DNA from: Eubacterium sp.
Lineage (GTDB): Bacteria; Bacillota; Clostridia; Lachnospirales; Lachnospiraceae
Assembly (NCBI GenBank): GCA_017437905.1
Contig: JAFRWY010000020.1
Span: forward strand, 7,632 to 71,631
Direction: 5' to 3'
Length of the DNA: 64,000 nt
Positions 9,258-16,758 of this stretch are shown piece by piece. Position numbers and translations under genes: made by a program. How positions within the stretch are numbered: the first letter of the stretch is position 1; the number at the start of each line of letters is the position of its first letter. The notes below the pieces were generated by a model. The model did no database searches and was not told where the DNA came from. It was given only the letters and a program-made list of their open reading frames with translations.

Positions 9258-10142
9258 ATGAGAAAGGGCTTTCTGAAAAAAGTGCATACCGTTCTTTTGC
9301 TTACGGGCCTTACCTGTCTTCTTTTATCCGGCTGCGGGAAGGAGACCCTGGTTACGGAGACCGTGATCGACAGTGTGGATTCCAGCCTGTCGGAGGATCA
9401 CGGGATCACCATCTACCGGGTGGAGGGACGTTCCGTTGTGGCGGAGGAGGAACGCTTCCAGCCGAAGCAGCCCGACTCCCTGGCCAGTTCCCTGGAGGAG
9501 ACCATGGCGGTGATCCCCATGACGGAGGGGGTTCGCTTCGTGGCATATTCCATGGCGGAGGAGAATTCGGTTACTCTTTCCCTCCAGGTGGAGAGCTCCG
9601 TCAGCCGTGAGACCCTGCTTCTGGAGAAGGCGGCACTGATCGGAACCCTGGAGCAGATCCGCAGTATAGGCAGCATGACCCTGTCCATCAAGGATGAAGA
9701 TGGCAGACTGATCGAAGAAAATACCTACAGCGGCGGCTCATTTTACTATTATGACAGAATGATCCCCACGGGACAGAACAACGGCCAGATCCGGCTGTAC
9801 CTCCCGGATGAGAAGCGGGAGACCCTTTCGGAGGTCACGTTAAATGTGACGCTGCAGCTGGATGTCTCCGTAGAGGAGGAGGTTGTGAACCAGCTGATCC
9901 GCCGGGAGGTCTTCCCTGCAGGGACGGATCTGATCAGCATTTCCGTAACCCAGAAGGTGGCCTACGTGGATCTGACCCGGCAGTTTGCGGAGGGGACGGA
10001 TGCCATGGCGGTCTATTCCCTGGTTGACAGTGTGGTGGCACTGCCGCATATCTCTTCGGTCCAGATCCTGGTGGAGGGAGAGAAGCAGGAGGAGATCGGA
10101 ACGGTGGATACCCATGTGCCCCTTTCCTTCCAGCGGCCGTAA
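9258..10142 (+). CDS. GerMN-domain lipoprotein
   Basis: Signal peptide with lipobox LLSGC-G. The C-terminal half (VAYVDLTRQFAEG...AVYSLVDSVVALPHISSVQILVEGEK) matches the GerM N-terminal-type domain pattern. The start overlaps or abuts the kinase stop (TGA 9253-9255). Confidence 0.7.
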   Translation: MRKGFLKKVHTVLLLTGLTCLLLSGCGKETLVTETVIDSVDSSLSEDHGITIYRVEGRSVVAEEERFQPKQPDSLASSLEETMAVIPMTEGVRFVAYSMAEENSVTLSLQVESSVSRETLLLEKAALIGTLEQIRSIGSMTLSIKDEDGRLIEENTYSGGSFYYYDRMIPTGQNNGQIRLYLPDEKRETLSEVTLNVTLQLDVSVEEEVVNQLIRREVFPAGTDLISISVTQKVAYVDLTRQFAEGTDAMAVYSLVDSVVALPHISSVQILVEGEKQEEIGTVDTHVPLSFQRP

Positions 10143-10179
10143 GAGGGGACGGCGATTAAACTGAATCAAGGAGAACTGT

Positions 10180-12672
10180 GTGAGAAGACCATTGCTTACG
10201 TTCCTCGGGCTTTTCTTTCTGGGAGAGCTGGCGGGACAGATGATCGATCGAAATATGGTATATTCCTGCGGGGCGGCGGCAGCCGCGGCAGGGATCGTGA
10301 TGAGAAGCAGCAGGCAGATCGCGGCGAAAAAAACGCGATACTATCTGTTGCTTCTCTTTCTTTTTGCCCTGGGTTTTGCCTGGAACTACGGGGTGCGGCT
10401 ACAAATGGTTGCGCGGGAGGCATTGGCATCGGAGGCTGCCGGGGAGGGGCGGAGCATTTCCCTGGAAGGCGTTGTTACGGAGCAACGGGAATGGGCATGG
10501 ATCCTCCGGACAGATCTGGGAAAGCTGAGGATCCTTACGGGAGAAGATGAGGGGACATCTCCGGTCTCCGTGGGGGACCGGATCCGGGTTACGGGGGTGC
10601 CGGAGCGGATCCCCGGCTCTACGAATCCGGGATCCTTTGATTCGGCGGAGTATTATGAAAGCGAAGGTATACGCTGGCAGATGGAACCGGAGGAGACGGT
10701 GCTGCTGGAGCAGGGGGCGGATCCGGTCCTCTCCCTGCTGGACAGTATCCGGACCGCCTGCAGGGAGCAGGCGGAGGAACTGCTTCCGGAGAAGGAGGCG
10801 GGGATCCTGAGGGCCATGCTGCTGGGGGAACGGTCCGGGGTGGACCGGGAGCTGAAGGAGCTGTACCGTCAGAACGGGATCGCCCATGTTCTGGCCATCT
10901 CCGGACTTCATGTATCCCTGATGGGAACCGTGATCATGATGCTTCTCGGACTCTGCCGCATGTCCCGGCGGAAGGCGGCGGTGATCACCATTCTGCTGCT
11001 CTTCCTGTACGGCTTTCTGACAGGCTTTTCCCCGGCGACCCTCCGGGCGATCTGGATGATGACGGCAGTGAATCTGGGGAGTGTTCTCCGGCGGACGGCG
11101 GATCTTCCCACGGCGGCAGGCGGGGCCCTGTTCCTGATCCTTATGGTCCGTCCTTACCGGATCACGTCTTCGGGACTGCTGATGAGCTTTCTTTCCGTGG
11201 CGGGGATCATTGCCGGCGGTGCATTTTACAAAAGGATCTTCGACCGGGAACGGTTCCTCTTCCTGCCGCTAAAACTCAGGGCACCCATGAAACATTTCGT
11301 GGAAATGCTGCTCTTCAGCGTGACTCTCCAGCTCTTTCTGGAACCGGTGATGCTTCGGGATTATTATTCCGTTTCGCCCTACAGTCCCCTGCTGAACCTT
11401 CTTGTGGTGCCGCTGCTTACGGTGGCGGTGATGAGCGGTGCCGCGGGACTGCTGATCAACTTTCTTCCGGGACTCCGGCTGCTGGCCCGGGTACTGATCC
11501 TGCCCTGCAGGGGCATCCTTGCCCTTTATGAGATCCTCTGCCGGGGAGCTGCGGAGATTCCGGGACATGAACTCCTGACCGGCGGGATCAGCGGAACGGA
11601 GTGCCTGCTTCTGCTCTTCCTTATTCTTGCTGCCATGTACGGGCTGTACCGGATACTGGGGCGGAACAGGACCGGCCGGCACCGGTGGAGATATTATTTT
11701 CTGACACTGCTTTCCATCACAGTCTGCTTCCTGCTGGGGGCCGGGGCGGCACTCCTGAAGAACCGGCTCAGCGAGCGGATCATTTTCCTGGATGTGGGAC
11801 AGGGGGACGGATGCATCGTTCATACGAAGGATGCGGATCTTCTTTTTGACTGTGGCTCCTCGTCCCGGGACACGGTGGGGCGGGACGTGCTGATCCCGGC
11901 CCTGCGTTACTACGGGATCCGGGAGGTGGATTCGGTATTCCTGTCCCATACGGATGCGGATCATGTGAATGGTGTGGAGCAGCTGCTGGAGCAGGGAGAA
12001 CTTTACGGGATCCGGACAGACCGGATAGTGTTCGGTGCGGGAACTGCGGAGGATGCATCCCGGCAGCGGCTTCAGGAACTGGCCGGGGAGGCCGGAACGG
12101 ATGTGCTGGAAATGGCGCGGGGAGACGAGCTATCTGCCGGAGAAACCTACGTCCGGGTGCTGCTTCCGGAGCCGGGAGAAACCGGGGAAGGAAATGATTA
12201 CTCCATGGTATGCCTGCTGTCCGTCCGGGGATTCCGGGTGCTTTTTACCGGAGATATCGGAGCAGAGCGGGAGGCGGAGCTTGCAAAGATACTGAGAGAG
12301 GACAGGATGTTTGGTGGTACGGAGGGGGCAGAGGAAAGCCGGGGACAGGGAATCGATATATTGAAAGTGGCGCATCACGGATCAAGATTTTCCAGCAGCG
12401 GGGAGCTGCTTTCCCTCTGGCGTCTCCGGGAAGACGAAGGCGCAGGCATAGAGGCGGAAAGAGGAGCCGGCGGTACGGCAGGCAACGGAACCGGTTGTGC
12501 AGATGACAGCGGGACAGTCAGCGGATCGGAAATACAGGCGGCCGTTATTTCCTGCGGGAGAAAGAACCGGTACGGGCATCCGGCGGAGGAGACCCTGGAG
12601 CGGCTGGAACAGGCGGGCTTTACGGTCTTCCGGACCGACCGGCAGGGGGCAGTGATCGTTTACTTCCCGTAA
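10180..12672 (+). CDS. comEC: DNA internalization-related competence protein ComEC/Rec2 (competence domain plus metallo-beta-lactamase domain)
   Basis: Polytopic competence domain with NGIAHVLAISGLHVSLM. MBL motifs FLDVGQGDGCIVH, LSHTDADHVNG and KVAHHGS...NRYGHP. GTG start preceded by AAGGAG. Confidence 0.9.
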   Translation: MRRPLLTFLGLFFLGELAGQMIDRNMVYSCGAAAAAAGIVMRSSRQIAAKKTRYYLLLLFLFALGFAWNYGVRLQMVAREALASEAAGEGRSISLEGVVTEQREWAWILRTDLGKLRILTGEDEGTSPVSVGDRIRVTGVPERIPGSTNPGSFDSAEYYESEGIRWQMEPEETVLLEQGADPVLSLLDSIRTACREQAEELLPEKEAGILRAMLLGERSGVDRELKELYRQNGIAHVLAISGLHVSLMGTVIMMLLGLCRMSRRKAAVITILLLFLYGFLTGFSPATLRAIWMMTAVNLGSVLRRTADLPTAAGGALFLILMVRPYRITSSGLLMSFLSVAGIIAGGAFYKRIFDRERFLFLPLKLRAPMKHFVEMLLFSVTLQLFLEPVMLRDYYSVSPYSPLLNLLVVPLLTVAVMSGAAGLLINFLPGLRLLARVLILPCRGILALYEILCRGAAEIPGHELLTGGISGTECLLLLFLILAAMYGLYRILGRNRTGRHRWRYYFLTLLSITVCFLLGAGAALLKNRLSERIIFLDVGQGDGCIVHTKDADLLFDCGSSSRDTVGRDVLIPALRYYGIREVDSVFLSHTDADHVNGVEQLLEQGELYGIRTDRIVFGAGTAEDASRQRLQELAGEAGTDVLEMARGDELSAGETYVRVLLPEPGETGEGNDYSMVCLLSVRGFRVLFTGDIGAEREAELAKILREDRMFGGTEGAEESRGQGIDILKVAHHGSRFSSSGELLSLWRLREDEGAGIEAERGAGGTAGNGTGCADDSGTVSGSEIQAAVISCGRKNRYGHPAEETLERLEQAGFTVFRTDRQGAVIVYFP

Positions 12673-12717
12673 GATACGTAAGAGGCAAAAAAACAAAGAA
12701 AAGAGTGTGAAAACACG

Positions 12718-12746
12718 TTGTCAGCAATGGGATGATATGGTAGAAT
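12718..12746 (+). promoter_or_regulatory. Putative sigma-A promoter
   Basis: TTGTCA (12718-12723), a 17-nt spacer, then TAGAAT (12741-12746), upstream of the repeat-protein gene. Confidence 0.45.
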
Positions 12747-12835
12747 CTTTTCATTGGCGCCGGGGGTTACGGCGCAGAGGCACATTTCCGATACGGAGTT
12801 TGATCCGGCAGGGGGAGAAAGGAATCGGTTATTCT

Positions 12836-14791
12836 ATGGCGCACAGAAAAATGAAAAAAGTGTTGATCGGGACGCTGGGACTTGCCATGTCCGGCGGACT
12901 GCTGTTTACTCCGATGACCGGAATATTCGGATCTGAGGAGTCTTCTTACGTGAAAGCGGATACGCTGTACGGATGGGTGACGATCGACGGAGAGACGTAT
13001 TTTTATTACAACGGAGTGAAGAAGACCTACACCTACCGGTATAACGGACGGTTATACTATTTTGATCCCGTGACGGGTGCACAGCAGACCGGATGGATCC
13101 AATACGGCGGAGAATGGTATTATTTCTCACCCTCCACAAATCCGGATGAGCGGTATGCGGTTGACGGCTGGGAAAAGATCGACAACAAGTATTATTATTT
13201 CGATAAGTCGAATAATATGATGTGGAGAAATGCCTGGGTCGAGGTAACTTCCTCCATCCGGTATTACGTAACGAATGACGGCAGCCGTGCTTCGGACTTC
13301 GTGAAGATCGGGGACAACTGGTATTATTTCGATCCGACCTCCGGTGTCCAGAAGACCGGATGGATCACTTATAACAGCAAGAAGTATTATTTCAAAACTG
13401 ACGGAACCATGGCTACGGGCCTTACGACGGTTGACGGAAAAACCTACTATTTCGGAAATGACGGAGCCATGCGCACCGGAACGGTCACCGCAGACGGCTG
13501 GGTCTATACGCTGTCGGATACCGGCGAGCTGATAAAGAAGGAGCAGGTGGTGACCCTGACCGGATGGCAGGAGATCAACGGCAAGACCTACTACTATGAT
13601 GCAAACGGAACCATGATCACCGGCTGGAAGCAGATCTCCGGGAAATATTATTATTTCGATCAGGAAGGCGTGATGCAGACCGGATGGGTTACATACAGCA
13701 GCAAGAAGTATTATCTGGGAATGGACGGTGTGATGCAGACCGGCTGGAAGCAGATCTCCGGCTCCTGGTATCTTTTCACTTCGGGCGGTGAACTGCTGAC
13801 CGGCTGGCAGCAGGACGGTAATAACTGGTATTACCTGCTCCCGTCCACCGGCGCGATGCAGACCGGATGGCAGCACATTTCCGATGCCACATATTATTTC
13901 AACGATAAGGGCATCATGCAGACCGGACTCATCACCTACAGCGGACAGAAGTATTATCTGGATACGAACGGAAAAATGCAGACCGGATGGCAGACCGTAA
14001 ACGGTAAGAAGTATTACATGGCAAATGACGGGGCGGCTGTGACCGACTGGAAGGAGATCAGCGGCAAGCGGTATTACTTCGGAACCGATGCGGTGATGTC
14101 CACCGGATTCCGGACCATCGGCAGCGGGACCTACTATTTCGGTACCGACGGCGTCATGCGGAAGGAATGGCAGACCATCGACGGAAGCAAGTATTATTTC
14201 GGTACCAACGGCATCATGGTAACCGGAAGTACCGTGATCGACGGAACCACCTACCAGTTCGGAACCGACGGAAAACTGATCGAATCATCGCAGGGCGGTG
14301 GGGAACAGGATCCTGATCCGGATCCCGATCCGGACCCGCAGGATCCCCAGCCGGTTGTAAAGACCGGATGGCAGAAGGAAGGCGGAGCCTGGTATTATTA
14401 CAACACGAACGGTAAGAAGGCCACCGGCTGGAAGACCATCAAAAACAAGAAGTACTACTTCGGGACCAACGGTGTGATGCAGACGAAGTGGAAGAAGATC
14501 GGTAACAAATGGTACTACTTCGATCCGGCAAACGGATTCATGGTAACCGGCTGGAAGAAGATCGGCAAATGGTATTATTTCCGTAAGACCGGAGATATGG
14601 CTGCCGGCGAATTCATCCAGGGCTACTGGATCAACAAGGACGGCACCTGCACCGAGACCCGGGTGGCAAAATGGGGCAAGTATCAGGGAAAATGGTGGTA
14701 TGGCTACAGTAAGGGCTGGTATGCAAAGAGCATTACCCTGAAGATCGACGGCAAGGCCTACAGCTTCGACCAGAATGGTTTCTTACGTTAA
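12836..14791 (+). CDS. Secreted cell-wall-binding repeat protein (CW_binding_1 / choline- or glycan-binding-type repeats only)
   Basis: Signal peptide MAHRKMKKVLIGTLGLAMSGG. More than 25 units of about 20 aa of the type GWQxIxGKxYYFxxDGxMxTGW, interrupted by a DPDPDPDPQDPQP linker. The tracked start 12707 lies upstream of the predicted promoter -10, so ATG 12836 is preferred. Confidence 0.85.
   Translation: MAHRKMKKVLIGTLGLAMSGGLLFTPMTGIFGSEESSYVKADTLYGWVTIDGETYFYYNGVKKTYTYRYNGRLYYFDPVTGAQQTGWIQYGGEWYYFSPSTNPDERYAVDGWEKIDNKYYYFDKSNNMMWRNAWVEVTSSIRYYVTNDGSRASDFVKIGDNWYYFDPTSGVQKTGWITYNSKKYYFKTDGTMATGLTTVDGKTYYFGNDGAMRTGTVTADGWVYTLSDTGELIKKEQVVTLTGWQEINGKTYYYDANGTMITGWKQISGKYYYFDQEGVMQTGWVTYSSKKYYLGMDGVMQTGWKQISGSWYLFTSGGELLTGWQQDGNNWYYLLPSTGAMQTGWQHISDATYYFNDKGIMQTGLITYSGQKYYLDTNGKMQTGWQTVNGKKYYMANDGAAVTDWKEISGKRYYFGTDAVMSTGFRTIGSGTYYFGTDGVMRKEWQTIDGSKYYFGTNGIMVTGSTVIDGTTYQFGTDGKLIESSQGGGEQDPDPDPDPDPQDPQPVVKTGWQKEGGAWYYYNTNGKKATGWKTIKNKKYYFGTNGVMQTKWKKIGNKWYYFDPANGFMVTGWKKIGKWYYFRKTGDMAAGEFIQGYWINKDGTCTETRVAKWGKYQGKWWYGYSKGWYAKSITLKIDGKAYSFDQNGFLR
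14309..14353 (+). repeat. Asp-Pro dipeptide linker repeat
   Basis: gat cct gat ccg gat ccc gat ccg gac ccg ... encodes DPDPDPDPDPQDPQP. Confidence 0.9.
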
Positions 14792-14798
14792 AAAGTGC

Positions 14799-14827
14799 TT
14801 GACGAACCCGGCATGGAATGCTAATAT
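14799..14827 (+). promoter_or_regulatory. Putative sigma-A promoter of rpsT
   Basis: TTGACG (14799-14804), a 17-nt spacer, then TAATAT (14822-14827). This leaves a leader of about 120 nt. Confidence 0.5.
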
Positions 14828-14948
14828 GGTTCGGTACGTATTTTGAATGATTGATTCCACATGCCCGGCTTTCCGAAGCTGACCGTGTCTTGGCTAAATG
14901 GAATCCATTGCATACACTATTTATCATGTTTTATGGAGGTACAGAGCT

Positions 14949-15212
14949 TTGGCTAACATCAAATCAGCAAAGAAGAGAATCCTTGTAACAAAGAAGAAGG
15001 AGCTTCGGAACAAGTCCGCGAAGTCCAAGATCAAGACCCTCGTAAAGAAGGTTGAGGCTGCGATCGCAGAGGGCAACAAGGCAGAAGCAGAGGATGCACT
15101 GAAGGTTGCGATCTCCGAGATCAGCAAGGCTGCATCCAAGGGAATCTACCACAAGAATACTGCTGCCCGTAAGATTTCCAGACTGACACTGGCTGTAAAC
15201 AAGGTAGCTTAG
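14949..15212 (+). CDS. rpsT: 30S ribosomal protein S20
   Basis: (L/M)ANIKSAKKRILVTKKKELRNKS... is the canonical S20 N-terminus. The start is TTG at 14949 with GGAGG about 10 nt upstream. The tracked ATG 14898 would add a non-homologous extension. Confidence 0.9.
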   Translation: MANIKSAKKRILVTKKKELRNKSAKSKIKTLVKKVEAAIAEGNKAEAEDALKVAISEISKAASKGIYHKNTAARKISRLTLAVNKVA

Positions 15213-15237
15213 TCCGCGTTTTACGGGGGCAGACCTG

Positions 15238-15285
15238 AAAAAGGGAGGGACAGATACAATTCACTGTATCTGTCCCTCCCTTTTT
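15238..15285. terminator. Bidirectional Rho-independent terminator shared by convergent rpsT and holA
   Basis: Perfect 16-bp stem GGGAGGGACAGATACA / TGTATCTGTCCCTCCC with a 6-nt loop, flanked by AAAAA (15238-15242) and TTTTT (15281-15285). Confidence 0.8.
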
Positions 15286-15368
15286 ATATGTCGCGCGGTT
15301 GCCCTGCGGAGATGGAAACTCTCTGTCCCGGCCCCTGCTTTCTGACCCCACCGGGTCCCGTCCAGTTC

Positions 15369-16412
15369 CTATTTCAGATCCATCAGGTCCAGGATCAGAC
15401 GCTCCAGTGCGTTCCGGTCCGACAGCCGGCCGGTTTTGATGGAATAGTCCGCTTCGAGGCATGCGTCACAGGCGGCCAGCAGCTGCGGATAGGTGTAGGA
15501 TCCGGCCAGCGTCGTATATTTATTTACAAGAAACGGAAGGAATCCGGCGGTTTTCGCCATTTCGGACCTGGGCGTTTTATCCGCCTGCATCTTTGCAACC
15601 TGAACCAGGATCTGGTATTGTTTTGCAATCAGATAAAGCACCTTCATGACCGGTTCCCTAAGGGTCAGAAGGTCGTTATAGAGCAGAAGTGCCTGCTCTG
15701 TTTTTTTTGCGGAAATGGCGTCGACCATGTCGAATACCTTGTCTTCCGCCACGGTGACGGAGATGGCTTCCACATCCGCTACGGATACGGATTCTTTCTC
15801 CAGGGTATAGCTGATCAGCTTCTCCAGCTCGGTATCCAGTGTGGACATGTCGGTTCCGACGGCGGAAAGAAGCCGTTCGGGAACGCCGGCCTCCACTTTC
15901 TTTCCGGTATCCGACAGCCGGCTTATGATCCAGGAGCGGAGCATTTTCTCATCCGGGACATCGAAGGAGAAGGCACCTTCGGCCTTGTCAAACAGTTTAA
16001 AGAGCCGGCCCCGCTTATCCACGGCTTTGGTAAGACCGGTGGATTTTTCGATGTCCGGTTCCACGAAGATCAGGATCCCCGTCTCCGGCAGGGTGCCCAG
16101 CGCATCCGTCAGTTCGTCTGCGGATTTCAGGAAGAAACCGCTGTCCTCTACCAGAACCACCCGGTGTTCGGACAGGAAGGGCATGGTGGAAAGATCCCCC
16201 AGGATCGTTTGGACATCTGCCGACGCACCCTGGTAGGAGGAGAAGTTCAGGGAATCTCCCTCGTTCACCAGACGGGAAAGCAAAAGATCACGGTACTGCC
16301 GGATCAGATACCGCTCCGTTCCGTACAGCAGATACAACTGGCGGACCGTACCCTCATCCAGTTCTTTCTTCAGTTGTGCCATACCGCGTGCAGCGGGTTT
16401 CTTCGGCGCCAT
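15369..16412 (-). CDS. holA: DNA polymerase III delta subunit
   Basis: N-terminal LYLLYGTERYLIRQY pattern, about 340 aa, helical C-terminal domain. It is the usual genomic neighbour of comEC and rpsT in Firmicutes. RBS AAAGGGGAAG lies upstream of ATG 16412. Confidence 0.8.
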   Translation of the reverse strand: MAPKKPAARGMAQLKKELDEGTVRQLYLLYGTERYLIRQYRDLLLSRLVNEGDSLNFSSYQGASADVQTILGDLSTMPFLSEHRVVLVEDSGFFLKSADELTDALGTLPETGILIFVEPDIEKSTGLTKAVDKRGRLFKLFDKAEGAFSFDVPDEKMLRSWIISRLSDTGKKVEAGVPERLLSAVGTDMSTLDTELEKLISYTLEKESVSVADVEAISVTVAEDKVFDMVDAISAKKTEQALLLYNDLLTLREPVMKVLYLIAKQYQILVQVAKMQADKTPRSEMAKTAGFLPFLVNKYTTLAGSYTYPQLLAACDACLEADYSIKTGRLSDRNALERLILDLMDLK

Positions 16413-16545
16413 CGGATGCTTCCCCTTTCTCCCGAAAATGTGTCCGGATATCCTCCGACATCCGCGTCCCGCACACTCTCCGGGACCCTGCTATTGTATC
16501 ATATCCGCATCCGTAACGGCAAGTGCGGGCGTTTTCTGTTTTTCC

Positions 16546-16574
16546 TTGTAAAAGGACTTGTTTTATGTTAAAAT
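16546..16574 (+). promoter_or_regulatory. Putative sigma-A promoter
   Basis: TTGTAA (16546-16551), a 17-nt spacer, then TAAAAT (16569-16574). It would drive a leader of about 180 nt. Confidence 0.5.
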
Positions 16575-16628
16575 GTATATGGGATTGATGTTTGATTCCG
16601 CCGGTGAAAACCGGTTTCCAACTGAATC

Positions 16629-16701
16629 GTATCGGCAAAACCGGGGAAATCCGGCGACGCAAAACTAACAGGGCCTGTAAAATGGCAGCCAGTTGCAATA
16701 C
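16629..16701 (+). promoter_or_regulatory. Candidate c-di-GMP-I (GEMM-I) riboswitch aptamer
   Basis: GGCAAAACCGG-GGAAAU-CCGGCGACGCAAAACUAACAGGGCCUGUAAAAUGGCAGCCAGUUGC reproduces the GEMM-I core as I remember it: GGCAAACC, a GAAA-capped hairpin, GGGACGCAAAGC, ACAGGGxCU and AGCxGGxxGC. Flanking GUAU (16629-32) and AUAC (16698-701) can form P1. Confidence 0.6.
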
Positions 16702-16704
16702 TTG

Positions 16705-16738
16705 ACGGGGCGATCCATATCAGGACGGCCCCGTTTTG
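16705..16738 (+). terminator. Leader terminator hairpin (probable riboswitch expression platform)
   Basis: ACGGGGC (16705-11) pairs with GCCCCGT (16728-34), followed by TTTTG. It lies 20 nt upstream of the GGAGG/GTG start and abuts the 3' P1 strand of the aptamer. Confidence 0.55.
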
Positions 16739-16758
16739 TACATGAAGGAGGTGCAATA

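Noticed and set aside
15288-16571. 427-aa plus-strand ORF
   Set aside because: It is antisense to holA and begins inside the rpsT/holA terminator region. The holA reading has the conserved N-terminal pattern and a proper RBS.
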